Positions 9,331 through 18,854 of a stretch of 64,000 nucleotides of DNA are shown piece after piece. Within the stretch, counting starts at the first letter, position 1, and each line of letters opens with the position of its first letter. The stretch comes from Candidatus Nanopelagicales bacterium (GTDB taxonomy: Bacteria > Actinomycetota > Actinomycetes > S36-B12), in assembly GCA_030827125.1 (NCBI GenBank), contig JAURFD010000003.1, forward strand, positions 65,607 through 129,606, in the 5' to 3' direction. Below the pieces are notes generated by a model, which saw nothing but the letters and a program-made list of their open reading frames with translations, searched no databases and was not told where the DNA came from. The translations under genes were made by a program, and so were the position numbers.

Positions 9331-9791
9331 GCGTACTCACGGGGAAGCACACCGGACTCCACGAGTTCGGCGAAGGTCTGCAACGAACGACGCACCCCCA
9401 CCGAGAATCCCGGCCGAACCACCGGCCAGCCGAATCGGCCGAGGGCGCCCAGCGGCACGTCGAAGTTCTCGGTCCAGACCACACGAGACATGCCGTGCGG
9501 TAGCTCGAGGATCTCGGCACTCCCCCGTCCTTTGACGAAACGGCCCACGTGCTCGACTTCTACGCGTCGCGGCGGGTCCCAAACCGTGATCACCATGGCG
9601 TCGACAATGGCGAGGGGACCGGCGCCCGCCGTGGCTTCGATGCGCGACCCCACGCTGCGGCCGTCGCCGTCGACGACACGGGCGCGCGTCCCGACCATCC
9701 ACAGGTCGCGACCCTCCCAGTCGGTGATGGCCGCGAATGCCGCCTCTGCCGGCGCTCGCACCACCGCGTCGAGGACGACGCCTTCGCTCAC
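9327..9791 (-). CDS. SRPBCC (polyketide cyclase/START-like) family protein
   Basis: 154 aa with size and sequence typical of SRPBCC proteins. It has a 4-nt overlap with tag. Confidence 0.65.
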   Translation of the reverse strand: MSEGVVLDAVVRAPAEAAFAAITDWEGRDLWMVGTRARVVDGDGRSVGSRIEATAGAGPLAIVDAMVITVWDPPRRVEVEHVGRFVKGRGSAEILELPHGMSRVVWTENFDVPLGALGRFGWPVVRPGFSVGVRRSLQTFAELVESGVLPREYA

Positions 9792-10204
9792 GGCGTCTCC
9801 GTTGGGGCGCCTTCGCTCGGCGCAGCACCGTCATGGACGTCGGATTCCGCCGGTGACTTCGGTGTGGCGGGTGCACCATCGCCGCGCAGGCGTGCAATCT
9901 CCGCGTCTCGCACGGCGATCTCCGCGCCGAGGCGGTCAACGAGGGCATCGACCTCGTCCATGCGATAGCCACGCCAGGTCTGATCGATGCGCACCTCGTC
10001 GAGGTCGGTTGGTGCCAGTTCGCCGACACCGGCGGCGGGGAGTCCCTGGAGCGCCTCCGCGGGGGGCGCGTCGGGGAGCTCGTCGCGTAGACGTCCGGTC
10101 GCCAACAACCAGATACCCGTGACAACGGCAACACCGGCCACGAGGAAGACGAACGCCGACCATGCCGCTCCCATGGGGCCATCGTGGCATGCGCGGGCGG
10201 ACAA
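9788..10204 (-). CDS. membrane-anchored DivIVA-domain protein
   Basis: An N-terminal TM helix is followed by the DivIVA-type motif RGYRMDEVDALVDRLGAEIAVRDAEIARLR. The start may instead be the Met at 10174. Confidence 0.7.
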   Translation of the reverse strand: MSARACHDGPMGAAWSAFVFLVAGVAVVTGIWLLATGRLRDELPDAPPAEALQGLPAAGVGELAPTDLDEVRIDQTWRGYRMDEVDALVDRLGAEIAVRDAEIARLRGDGAPATPKSPAESDVHDGAAPSEGAPTETP

Positions 10205-10301
10205 TGCTTACGGGACCCAAACACTGCACTCATCCTCATCGCACATCCGCCGCGCAGGATGGGTCCAGATCGGAAGGGATCCGACGGAAGGGGATAGACC
10301 C

Positions 10302-10973
10302 GTGAAGACCTCACGCATTGTGGGCATCGTTGCTGCCGCCACCCTGGCAGCCGGTGCCGTCACCGGAACGACCGTGGCCCTCGCCGCCGACAACGGCAAC
10401 GGCAATTCGCAGAACGGCAACAACTCGCAGCGGCAGGACGGCTTGCCCGCAGCACCTGATCTCGGCATGGGTGCCCAGAACCACCGTGATGGACAAGGTC
10501 GCGGCCCCCGTGGTCCCGGTGGCATGGGCGACCGCGGCCCCGGCGGCATGGGCGACCGCGGACCGGGCGGACCCCGCGGCGAGATGGGCGGCCGCATGCT
10601 GCACGGCGAGGGTGTTGTCGAGGATGCCGACGGCAACTACATCACCGTGCGCATGCAGACCGGTGAGGTGACGGCCGTGTCTGCCACGTCGATCTCGGTC
10701 AAGAGCGCCGATGGCTACACCTCGACCTACGCCATCACCGATGCCACCGAGCAGGATCGCGACCGCACGGCCGAAACCCAGGCGAAGGTCGGCGACACCG
10801 TGCACGTCCGCGCGACAGTCGATGGGGGCACCGCGACCGCCGACGACATCCACGCGATGTCACCTGAGTTCGCTGCGCAGATGGAGGAGCAGCGTGCGCA
10901 ACACCAGGACGGCATGGGCGGACGCATGGGTCATCACGACGATGACGCCGACGACGACAACGCTCAGGGCTGA
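10302..10973 (+). CDS. secreted hypothetical protein with Gly/Met-rich tandem repeat
   Basis: The GTG at 10302 is preceded by GGAAGGGGA. A signal peptide is present (KTSRIVGIVAAATLAAGAVTGTTVALA). The protein has an NGNGNSQNGNNSQ tract, a GPGGMGDR duplication and an acidic His-rich tail. Confidence 0.6.
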   Translation: MKTSRIVGIVAAATLAAGAVTGTTVALAADNGNGNSQNGNNSQRQDGLPAAPDLGMGAQNHRDGQGRGPRGPGGMGDRGPGGMGDRGPGGPRGEMGGRMLHGEGVVEDADGNYITVRMQTGEVTAVSATSISVKSADGYTSTYAITDATEQDRDRTAETQAKVGDTVHVRATVDGGTATADDIHAMSPEFAAQMEEQRAQHQDGMGGRMGHHDDDADDDNAQG

Positions 10974-11075
10974 TCTGCGCTAGATCGGCGCGCAAAGGGC
11001 GGGTACCGACCCCAATGTGCGCATCCGTACCAGAGGGATATAGTTGAACCCTTAACTACCACCCCAAGGAGCACC

Positions 11076-11624
11076 GTGAGCACTGACCTATCTCCCATCA
11101 CCGGCACCTGGGAGTTCGACCCCTCGCACACCAACCTCGGCTTCAATGCCCGTCACGCCATGGTCGCCAAGGTCCGCGGCGGGTTCTCCGAGGTGACCGG
11201 CACCCTCGTGCTCGACGGCGCCAATCCCGCCGCCTCGACGGCGACGGTCACGATCCTGGCCGCCAGCCTCGACACCAAGAACGCCGATCGAGACGCTCAC
11301 CTCAAGTCCGCGGACTTCCTTGACGTGGAGCAGTTCCCCACCATTACCTTCACCAGCACCTCGGCCAAGCAGGTCTCGGACGATGAGTTCGAGGTCATCG
11401 GCGACCTCACCATCCACGGAGTGACCAAGCCGGTCACCGTGAAGGTGGAGCTCACCGGGGTCGGCCAGGACCCTTGGGGCGGAACCCGTATCGGCTTCGA
11501 GGGCAAGGCGGAGATCAGCCGCAAGGACTTTGGCATGGTGTGGAACGTCGCGCTCGAGGCAGGCGGTGTCCTCGTCAGCGACACCATCAAGCTCGAGCTC
11601 GACGTCGAGGCCGTCAAGCAGTAG
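11076..11624 (+). CDS. YceI family protein
   Basis: YceI hallmarks are present ([40 protein letters not shown]). Confidence 0.9.
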   Translation: MSTDLSPITGTWEFDPSHTNLGFNARHAMVAKVRGGFSEVTGTLVLDGANPAASTATVTILAASLDTKNADRDAHLKSADFLDVEQFPTITFTSTSAKQVSDDEFEVIGDLTIHGVTKPVTVKVELTGVGQDPWGGTRIGFEGKAEISRKDFGMVWNVALEAGGVLVSDTIKLELDVEAVKQ

Positions 11625-11689
11625 CGCCGTCAAGCAGTAGTAACGCACGGCCGGTCCGGTCACGCGGCCACTTCGATAGCCTGCCCATC

Positions 11690-12625
11690 ATGCACAGTGA
11701 GCCCGTGACCGGACCGGCCAGCGCCCATGGACTGGCGACGTACTCAGACGGCGTCCTCCTCGATGCCTGGTACCCCTCCCCCGTCCTCGACCGCGATCCC
11801 CTGCCGGTCCTCGGCATCGACGCTGCCCAGCGGCACGACGAGATTCGCGGAGTCGACGTCCGCACCATTACGACCGTGATCGAGGACCTGCAGGCTCCCC
11901 CGGCGGACGCCGCCGATGCCTACCTCAGGCTGCATCTGCTGTCGCACCGACTCGTCCAGCCGCGCACCATCAACCTCGATGGCGTCTTCGGTCTGCTCAC
12001 CAACGTCGCCTGGACCACGCGCGGCCCCGTCGCCATCGATCAGATCGACGCCGCACGCATGCGAGCCCGCTCCCATGGCGAGTCTCTCAACGTCTTGGGC
12101 GTCGACCGCTTCCCGCGCATGGTCGATTACGTCGTCCCCTCCGGAGTGCGCATCGCCGACGCCGATCGCGTCCGGCTTGGTGCTCATTGCGCCGACGGCA
12201 CAGTTGTCATGCACGAGGGCTTCATCAACTTCAACGCCGGCACGCTCGGCCACTCCATGGTCGAAGGTCGCATCTCGGCCGGGGTCATCGTCGGCGACGG
12301 ATCCGATATCGGTGGCGGCGCCTCAATCATGGGCACGCTCTCCGGCGGCGGCCAGGAGATCATCAGCGTCGGCGCCGGCTGCCTCATCGGGGCCAACGCC
12401 GGCATCGGCATCAGCCTGGGCGATGGTTCCGTCGTCGAGGCCGGCACCTATGTGACCGCAGGGGCCCGCGTGACCCTTCCCGACGGCGAGGTCGTCAAGG
12501 CGCGCGAGCTCTCCGGCGTGCCGAACCTGCTCTTCCGCCGCAATTCGGTGACCGGTGCACTCGAGGTCGTGCCGCGGACGGGTTCATGGGGTGGTTTGAA
12601 CGCCGCCCTGCACGCGAACGACTAG
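11690..12625 (+). CDS. dapD: 2,3,4,5-tetrahydropyridine-2,6-dicarboxylate N-succinyltransferase
   Basis: Left-handed beta-helix hexapeptide repeats are present ([52 protein letters not shown]). Size and sequence match actinobacterial DapD. The ATG at 11690 was chosen as the start. Confidence 0.9.
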   Translation: MHSEPVTGPASAHGLATYSDGVLLDAWYPSPVLDRDPLPVLGIDAAQRHDEIRGVDVRTITTVIEDLQAPPADAADAYLRLHLLSHRLVQPRTINLDGVFGLLTNVAWTTRGPVAIDQIDAARMRARSHGESLNVLGVDRFPRMVDYVVPSGVRIADADRVRLGAHCADGTVVMHEGFINFNAGTLGHSMVEGRISAGVIVGDGSDIGGGASIMGTLSGGGQEIISVGAGCLIGANAGIGISLGDGSVVEAGTYVTAGARVTLPDGEVVKARELSGVPNLLFRRNSVTGALEVVPRTGSWGGLNAALHAND

Positions 12626-12631
12626 GACTTC

Positions 12632-13945
12632 TTAGGCGGTGCGGTCCTCGATCGGGACGTAGTCGCGCAGGGGCTCACCGATGTAGACCTGACGCGGTCG
12701 GCCGATCTTGGTGTGCGGGTCGTTGATCATCTCGCGCCACTGCGCAATCCAGCCCGGGAGGCGACCGAGAGCGAAGAGCACCGTGAACATCCGGTTCGGG
12801 AAGCCCATCGCCTTATAGATCAGCCCGGTGTAGAAATCGACATTGGGATAGAGCTTGCGCTCGATGAAGAAGTCGTCAGCGAGCGCAACCTCCTCCAAGC
12901 GCAGGGCGATGTCGAGCAGCGGATCCTTGACGTCGAGCGCAGCGAAGACGTCATAGGCCGCCTTCTTGACCAGCGCGGCGCGCGGATCGTAGTTCTTGTA
13001 GACGCGGTGCCCGAAGCCCATGAGCTTCACGCCGTCCTGACGATCCTTGACCTGGCGGATGAAGGTGTTGACCCCACCACCGGAGGCGTGGATCTTCTCG
13101 AGCATCTCCAGCACGGCTTGGTTAGCTCCGCCATGCAGTGGGCCGAAGAGTGCATTGATGCCGGCCGAGACTGAGGCGAAGAGGTTCGCATGCGACGAAC
13201 CTACGAGCCGCACGGTTGATGTCGAACAGTTCTGCTCGTGATCGGCGTGCAACAGAAGCAGCATGTTGAGCGCTTTGGAGACGGTGGGATCGACCTGGTA
13301 TTCCTCGGCGGGGACACCAAAGGTCATCCGCAGGAAGTTGTCGATGAACCCCAGGGAGTTGTCGGGGTACATGTACGGCTGGCCGACCGACTTCTTGTAG
13401 GAGTACGCCGCCAGCGTGGGCACCTTGGCCATGAGGCGGATCGTGCTGATCTCGACCTGCTCGGGGTCGAACGGGTCCAGCGAGTCCTGGTAGAACGTCG
13501 ACAGCGCCGAAACCGCCGACGAGAGCACCGGCATCGGATGCGCGTCGCGGGGGAAGCCATCGAAGAACTGGCGCAGCTCCTCGTGCAGCATGGTGTGCCG
13601 CTTGATCTGGCCCTTGAATTCGCCGAGTTCGTCGACCGTCGGAAGGTAGCCGTAGATGAGCAGGTACGCCGCCTCGAGGTAGGACGACTGCTCGGCGAGT
13701 TGCTCAATCGGGTATCCGCGGTAGCGCAGGATGCCCTTCTCCCCGTCGATGTAGGTGATGGCCGACGAGCATGAGGCGGTGTTGACGAACCCGTGGTCGA
13801 GGGTCACGTTGCCGGTCGTGGACAGCAGTTTGCTGATGTCATAGCCGGACTCACCGATGGTGGATGGCGCTTCGGGAAGTGGTAGTTCGCCCCCCGAGTA
13901 CTGCAACACCGCATCCGACACCGAGGGCCTCCTGCTTGCACGCAC
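12632..13945 (-). CDS. gltA: citrate synthase (type II)
   Basis: 437 aa carrying the GFGHRVYKNYDPR and HADHEQNCSTST signatures. Confidence 0.95.
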   Translation of the reverse strand: MRASRRPSVSDAVLQYSGGELPLPEAPSTIGESGYDISKLLSTTGNVTLDHGFVNTASCSSAITYIDGEKGILRYRGYPIEQLAEQSSYLEAAYLLIYGYLPTVDELGEFKGQIKRHTMLHEELRQFFDGFPRDAHPMPVLSSAVSALSTFYQDSLDPFDPEQVEISTIRLMAKVPTLAAYSYKKSVGQPYMYPDNSLGFIDNFLRMTFGVPAEEYQVDPTVSKALNMLLLLHADHEQNCSTSTVRLVGSSHANLFASVSAGINALFGPLHGGANQAVLEMLEKIHASGGGVNTFIRQVKDRQDGVKLMGFGHRVYKNYDPRAALVKKAAYDVFAALDVKDPLLDIALRLEEVALADDFFIERKLYPNVDFYTGLIYKAMGFPNRMFTVLFALGRLPGWIAQWREMINDPHTKIGRPRQVYIGEPLRDYVPIEDRTA

Positions 13946-13998
13946 CCCTTGTGAGGGGCTGAAACCGGACTTGAACTGGTGCGCCCACCGTATCCTCG

Positions 13999-14021
13999 CC
14001 GGGTTCGGCGAACGAACCCGG
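13999..14021 (-). terminator. hairpin downstream of dapC
   Basis: A perfect 9-bp stem pairs CCGGGTTCG with CGAACCCGG around a 5-nt loop, 9 nt after the dapC stop. No U-tract follows. Confidence 0.5.
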
Positions 14022-14029
14022 TCCTGCGA

Positions 14030-15097
14030 TCAGGCGCTGAGGGACTCCGCGGCCGCCGCGATGGTGTCATCGGTGGCCGTGAGAGCAACCCGGACATGTT
14101 CGTGCCCTGCTGCCCCGTAGAAGTCGCCCGGGGCCACGAGGATGCCCCGCTCGGCGAGCCAGCGGGCCGTCTCCCAGCAGTCCGCCCCACGGGTGGCCCA
14201 CAGGTAGAGGCCTGCCTCGCTATGGTCGATGCGGAAGCCGGCCCGCTGCAGGGCCGGGAGAAGGATTGCGCGCCGGTGGAGGTAGCGCTGCCGCTGCTCC
14301 TCGACGTGGACGTCGTCCGACCAGGCGACGACGGCGGCCCGCTGGACCGGCAACGGCACCATGAAGCCCAGGTGCTTGCGCACCTCGAGCAACTGCTTCA
14401 CCACCACCGGGTCACCGGCGACGGCGCCATAGCGATAGCCAGCCATGTTCGAGCGCTTGGACAGCGCGTGCAGGGCGAGGACTCCGGACGGGTCCGTTCC
14501 GGTGACCTCTGGGCTGAGGACTGAGGGGGGCCGACCCGCCCAGCCAAACTCGATGTAGCACTCGTCGGAGGCGACGAGCGCTCCTGTGGCCCGCGCCGCC
14601 GCCACCATGTCCCGGAGCTCGTTCGCACCCATGACCCGGCCCGTCGGATTGCTGGGAGAGTTCAGCCAGACGAGCGACGCACCCTCAACATCAGCCGGAT
14701 CGTCGGAGACGATGATGTCGCAGTGGGCGAACAGGCCACCCACGACGTACGTCGGGTAGGCCAATTCCGGGACGATCACCTTCGCGCCATCGCGCAGGCC
14801 CAGGAGGATCGGCAGGAGCGCGACAACCTCCTTGGACCCGATCGAGGGGATCGTCGCCACGTCAGAGACGACCCCGACGCTGCGGTGCAGCCAGTCAGTG
14901 AACGCTGTTGCCGCCTCGGGCAAGCCGGCGACCGTGGGATAACCCGGCGCGTTCGCCGCGGATGCGAGTGCCCGCTGGACGGGCTCAGGCGTGGGGTCGA
15001 CCGGGCTGCCAATGGACAGGTCGGCAAACCGGGGATGCGATCGCGCCTGCTCAGCGACGGGCGCGAGGCGATCCCACGGGAAGTCCGGAAGCTTCAG
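14030..15097 (-). CDS. dapC: succinyldiaminopimelate aminotransferase (class I/II PLP aminotransferase)
   Basis: The conserved N-terminus LKLPDFPWDRLAPVAEQA matches the DapC family, and the PLP lysine region is SKRSNMAGYR. The 5' end is uncertain because the only codon at the conserved N-terminus is CTG (15097), which overlaps the fdxA stop. Confidence 0.8.
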   Translation of the reverse strand: MKLPDFPWDRLAPVAEQARSHPRFADLSIGSPVDPTPEPVQRALASAANAPGYPTVAGLPEAATAFTDWLHRSVGVVSDVATIPSIGSKEVVALLPILLGLRDGAKVIVPELAYPTYVVGGLFAHCDIIVSDDPADVEGASLVWLNSPSNPTGRVMGANELRDMVAAARATGALVASDECYIEFGWAGRPPSVLSPEVTGTDPSGVLALHALSKRSNMAGYRYGAVAGDPVVVKQLLEVRKHLGFMVPLPVQRAAVVAWSDDVHVEEQRQRYLHRRAILLPALQRAGFRIDHSEAGLYLWATRGADCWETARWLAERGILVAPGDFYGAAGHEHVRVALTATDDTIAAAAESLSA

Positions 15098-15417
15098 CTG
15101 TCTTCCTTCGGCGGCACGGTCGCGATGAGGGCCGCGTCGAACTCCTGTGCGCCGAGCTTGGCTGCGCCACCGGGCGAACCGAGGTCGTTGAAGAACTCCG
15201 CATTGGCGGCGGTGTAATCGGTCCACTCCTCGGGGACGTCGTCCTCGTAGTAGATCGCCTCCACCGGGCACACCGGCTCGCAGGCACCGCAATCAACGCA
15301 CTCATCGGGCTGGATGTAGAGCATCCGCTCGCCCTCGTAGATGCAGTCGACGGGACACTCCTCGATACAGGACTTGTCCTTCACATCGACGCAAGCCAAG
15401 GTGATGACGTAGGTCAC
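15094..15417 (-). CDS. fdxA: 7Fe ferredoxin (3Fe-4S + 4Fe-4S)
   Basis: The sequence VTYVITLACVDVKDKSCIEECPVDCIYEG...CVDCGACEPVCPVEAI is the classic FdxA cluster-binding pattern. The GTG at 15417 was chosen as the start. Confidence 0.9.
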   Translation of the reverse strand: MTYVITLACVDVKDKSCIEECPVDCIYEGERMLYIQPDECVDCGACEPVCPVEAIYYEDDVPEEWTDYTAANAEFFNDLGSPGGAAKLGAQEFDAALIATVPPKEDS

Positions 15418-15595
15418 CGGACTGCCTTTCGTCTCGGGCGACGCCCCGCAGGACGCGCACACCGCACCCGACCGGTCGGTCGAGTCGACGATCACTCGCC
15501 GGGGGTCACGTTAGCGCCCCGGGTGCGTCTGCCGGTGTCGCGGGTGCCCCGAGCGCACGAGGTGTCCCGCGGACGGGACCACCGACGAGCGAGTC

Positions 15596-17443
15596 TCAGG
15601 CCTGATCGTCTCCGGCGTTCGCGGGTGCGTCCGCACTGGGATCGGTGGCGGGAACGTCCGTCGGGTCAGCCGTGGGTTCGTCGGTTGGCGCGTCCGTGGA
15701 TTCGGGGTCCGGCTCATCGGGCTTGTCCGGCTTGGGCTTCTCGCCGCAGATCACCCGTGGAGAGGGGGTGTAGGCGGTAGTGAAGGTCTGCCGCTCGACT
15801 TCCTTGTCACCCTCATAGAAGACGCGATCCACGTCAATCGTGAACCCCTCGGTGCCGGACTGCGGCGAGCACTCCTCATCGGGGTTGTAGATCGTCTTGA
15901 AGTCCCTCGGCCAGTACCGCTCGCCCACCTCCGCCTCGATCGCCGTGTAGATCTTGGTGCTGTACATCCGCACCGTCATGGACGTCTCGTCGGACTCGGC
16001 GGTGATGAAGACACCGTAGGGCGTGTTGTTGCGGAACTTCATGTCGAAGCCACCCCACGCCACGGTCGCCTCTAGCCCCGGCGTGTAGCGCGAGATGTAG
16101 ATCGAGTGCGCCTGGACGTTTACGGGCTCGAGTCCGGCGTAGAACGCCGCCGACCAGACGGTCGTCGTCGCGGCAGACAGACCTCCGCCGAGTTCTTTGC
16201 GGAAGATGCCACCGGGGCCAATAACGTAGCCCTCCATGTAGCCATTCTTCGGATCACGGTTTTCGGTTTTCTCGTTCATCGAGAAGACCTCGCCGGGCAG
16301 CAGCAGGGTGCCGTTGATGTATTCCGAGGCGAGCGCCAGGTTGTGGGCGAGGTATTCCGCGTAGTTGACCTCCTGGGTGAAGCTGGAGATCTCTTCGATA
16401 ACGCCCAACTTCTCCGCATCAGCCGTGGTGACGACCGGGTCGCGGACGGTCACTACGGCAGTGGCCCGACGTCCGTCGGTCTGGAACATCGCGTCGGCGA
16501 CGGCAGCAGCCATGTCGTCGTCCGAAACTCCCTCGCCGACCTGGGATGGGACGACGTACGGCTGGTTGTTTTCGTCAATCGCGAAGGTCGCGTTGTTGCC
16601 GGGCGTCTCCACGGCTTCGAGTTGGTCGGCGGTCGCGTCGTGCAACAGGCGCCCGTCGATGACCGGTGCAAGTTCGCCGTCTTGGACCTCGTAGTAGGTC
16701 GCGGCCGCGATGAAACCAGCATCAATGCCGACGTAGACATCCTGGACCTTGATCTCGACCGGGCCGGACACCGCCGTCGTTGCGGGCCCGGCGAGGTAGT
16801 CATCGGCAGCCTCCACGCCGACCGCGGGCTCAACGATGATCTCCGGAAGCGCCACCGACGAACTGGCCTGAAGGTAGGTATTGGCGACAGCTTCGGACGC
16901 GGCCGGGAGGTCGATGTCACGACCCTGCTCGGGCGGCGTGAGTACCGGGGTCAGGTCATCCTCGTAGTAGATCGTGGGCTCCGACGAGGGCATCGCGACG
17001 AACTCCGCGAAGTTCGCGAGCCGATCTTCAAGTTGCGGCTCGTCGATAACCACGACGGGAGCCACCACCTGCGGACCGAAGAGACGCATGACCATGCCGA
17101 CCGGGTTGTAAATGCGGCCAGTCGCGTCGTCGACCGTCGCGATCGGGTCAAAGGCCAGACCGGACTGACTCGGGTAGATCTCCTCGGAGGTGTCGAACGC
17201 CGAGATCTGAATTGGGGCCTCGGCGCGAGGCCCGACTTGCTGCTCGAGCGTCTGCACGGCTTCCGCGCGAGACATGCCACCGATCTGAACCCCGAGGACC
17301 GTGGTGTTGGCCGGGATGTCGGAGGAACCGCCGAGGATCATCCCCAGGTAGAAGACCACGGCACCTGCCACCGCCGCCAGCGCGATGAACAGGCCACGTT
17401 GACCCAGGGCAGTGGCGCCGCGGGTCGGCTCCTCATCAGGCAC
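15596..17443 (-). CDS. VanW family protein with N-terminal membrane anchor and Pro/Asp/Thr-rich C-tail
   Basis: A TM helix sits near the N-terminus. The VanW core is present (GGGLSAATTTVWSAAFYAGLEPVNVQAHSIYISRYTPGLEATVAWGGFDMKFRNNT). Confidence 0.85.
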   Translation of the reverse strand: MPDEEPTRGATALGQRGLFIALAAVAGAVVFYLGMILGGSSDIPANTTVLGVQIGGMSRAEAVQTLEQQVGPRAEAPIQISAFDTSEEIYPSQSGLAFDPIATVDDATGRIYNPVGMVMRLFGPQVVAPVVVIDEPQLEDRLANFAEFVAMPSSEPTIYYEDDLTPVLTPPEQGRDIDLPAASEAVANTYLQASSSVALPEIIVEPAVGVEAADDYLAGPATTAVSGPVEIKVQDVYVGIDAGFIAAATYYEVQDGELAPVIDGRLLHDATADQLEAVETPGNNATFAIDENNQPYVVPSQVGEGVSDDDMAAAVADAMFQTDGRRATAVVTVRDPVVTTADAEKLGVIEEISSFTQEVNYAEYLAHNLALASEYINGTLLLPGEVFSMNEKTENRDPKNGYMEGYVIGPGGIFRKELGGGLSAATTTVWSAAFYAGLEPVNVQAHSIYISRYTPGLEATVAWGGFDMKFRNNTPYGVFITAESDETSMTVRMYSTKIYTAIEAEVGERYWPRDFKTIYNPDEECSPQSGTEGFTIDVDRVFYEGDKEVERQTFTTAYTPSPRVICGEKPKPDKPDEPDPESTDAPTDEPTADPTDVPATDPSADAPANAGDDQA

Positions 17444-17497
17444 GGGTTTAGTACTCCGGTGAGTCGAGGTCAGGACACCCCATCTTAGGCAGGTTCA

Positions 17498-17905
17498 TCA
17501 CGAAGATGCCTCTTCAGGAGCGCGTGGCTCCGTGGGAAGTCTCTGGGGACCTCGCAGCCGCCCGATTGGCGGAATCGTCGCGGCTGCCGCGGCGATGATG
17601 ACTCCGCCGAGCAAGTAGGTCATCTGTCGGCCGCCCGCCGAAATAATCAGCGACCCAGAAGGCAGTTCGGCCGCATAGATGACGGTGGCAATGAGCCAAC
17701 CCGCGAAGGCCAACCATCCGGTCCATCGCACCCCGGTCGCCTCGATGACCGCTCGCACTAGGACGAGAAACAGGATGAGGGTTATCCCTAGCCCGATGGG
17801 GATTGTCCACCCGCCGAGGGACAGGCGAACCGCCTGGAGGAAAGCCCCCACCACCCCCGTGACCACACCAGCGCCAACGGCGCCGACGCCGATGAGGACG
17901 CGCAC
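17498..17905 (-). CDS. small integral membrane protein (DUF6113-like)
   Basis: 135 aa with 4 hydrophobic helices, located immediately downstream of mshB with a 3-nt gap. Confidence 0.55.
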   Translation of the reverse strand: MRVLIGVGAVGAGVVTGVVGAFLQAVRLSLGGWTIPIGLGITLILFLVLVRAVIEATGVRWTGWLAFAGWLIATVIYAAELPSGSLIISAGGRQMTYLLGGVIIAAAAATIPPIGRLRGPQRLPTEPRAPEEASS

Positions 17906-17908
17906 CCG

Positions 17909-18787
17909 TCAGATCCCGGCGAAGAGATCGGTCTCGCGACCCTCCGCATCCAACGGCCCCGGCACTCCCCGCACAAGCCGGTAGTACTCGGTGGCGAATG
18001 CCTGAGCACCCACGTTGTCGGCCAATGCGAAGAAGCCACCATCGACCGACACCTGAGTCACGTGCTCACGCAGCGCATCCATCTTGCGCTCAAGATGCTC
18101 CGGTGCGAAGACGGCTGTAGTCACCAACTCGTCATCAATGACGAAGGGGAGGTCGTCAGGGTCCATCTCGGCGAAGCCGGTCGTCTCTCCCGCGGCCCGC
18201 ATGGCCTCGATTCCAGCACGGACGACACTGCGTGGGAACGCCGTCCAGTAGACCTTGTCAATGTGCCACGGCTCACCGAGGTCGCGCCGATACGACGGCG
18301 CCTCAGCCAGCGCAACGGCGTACATGGCCACGCGATGGGCCTGGATGTGATCGGGATGTCCGTAGCCACCGAAGTCGTCGTAGGTCACGAGGACCTGCGG
18401 CTTCACTTCGCGAATGACCGGCACGAGCTCGTTCGCCGCGTCTAGCAGGTCCGCGCGCCAAAAGGCCTCGGGACGTTCGTTGGGTGGGGTGCCCACCATG
18501 CCGGAGTCGCGGAAGCGCCCGGGACCCCCGAGAAAACGATGATCGGTGACTCCGAGGACCGTCATCGCGTTCGCTAGTTCGGTCTGCCGGTGCTCGCCGA
18601 GCCGATCCTCCAGCCCGGACGCGAGATGGGCGAGCTCGGGGACGAGGACCTCGCCTTCCTCGCCCAGCGTGCAGGTGACGAGCGTGACCTGCACTCCCTC
18701 ATCGACATACTTGGCCATGGAGGCGCCGGTCCCAATGCACTCGTCATCGGGGTGAGCATGGACAAGGAGAAGCCGCCGGTCGGACAT
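17909..18787 (-). CDS. mshB: N-acetyl-1-D-myo-inositol-2-amino-2-deoxy-alpha-D-glucopyranoside deacetylase
   Basis: It carries the LmbE-family AHPDDE motif ([16 protein letters not shown]), and length and sequence are typical of MshB. Confidence 0.9.
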   Translation of the reverse strand: MSDRRLLLVHAHPDDECIGTGASMAKYVDEGVQVTLVTCTLGEEGEVLVPELAHLASGLEDRLGEHRQTELANAMTVLGVTDHRFLGGPGRFRDSGMVGTPPNERPEAFWRADLLDAANELVPVIREVKPQVLVTYDDFGGYGHPDHIQAHRVAMYAVALAEAPSYRRDLGEPWHIDKVYWTAFPRSVVRAGIEAMRAAGETTGFAEMDPDDLPFVIDDELVTTAVFAPEHLERKMDALREHVTQVSVDGGFFALADNVGAQAFATEYYRLVRGVPGPLDAEGRETDLFAGI

Positions 18788-18854
18788 GGTGCGACGATAC
18801 CGTCACGCCGGACCGCGACAGCAGCGGTGAGGTGCCAGGAGAGGTGGCCAGTCG

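Noticed and set aside
15098-15292. Using the ORF-track start (15292) for dapC.
   Set aside because: It would add 65 Arg-rich residues encoded within fdxA in a different frame, with no resemblance to aminotransferase N-termini. It is retained as an open question in the findings rather than accepted.
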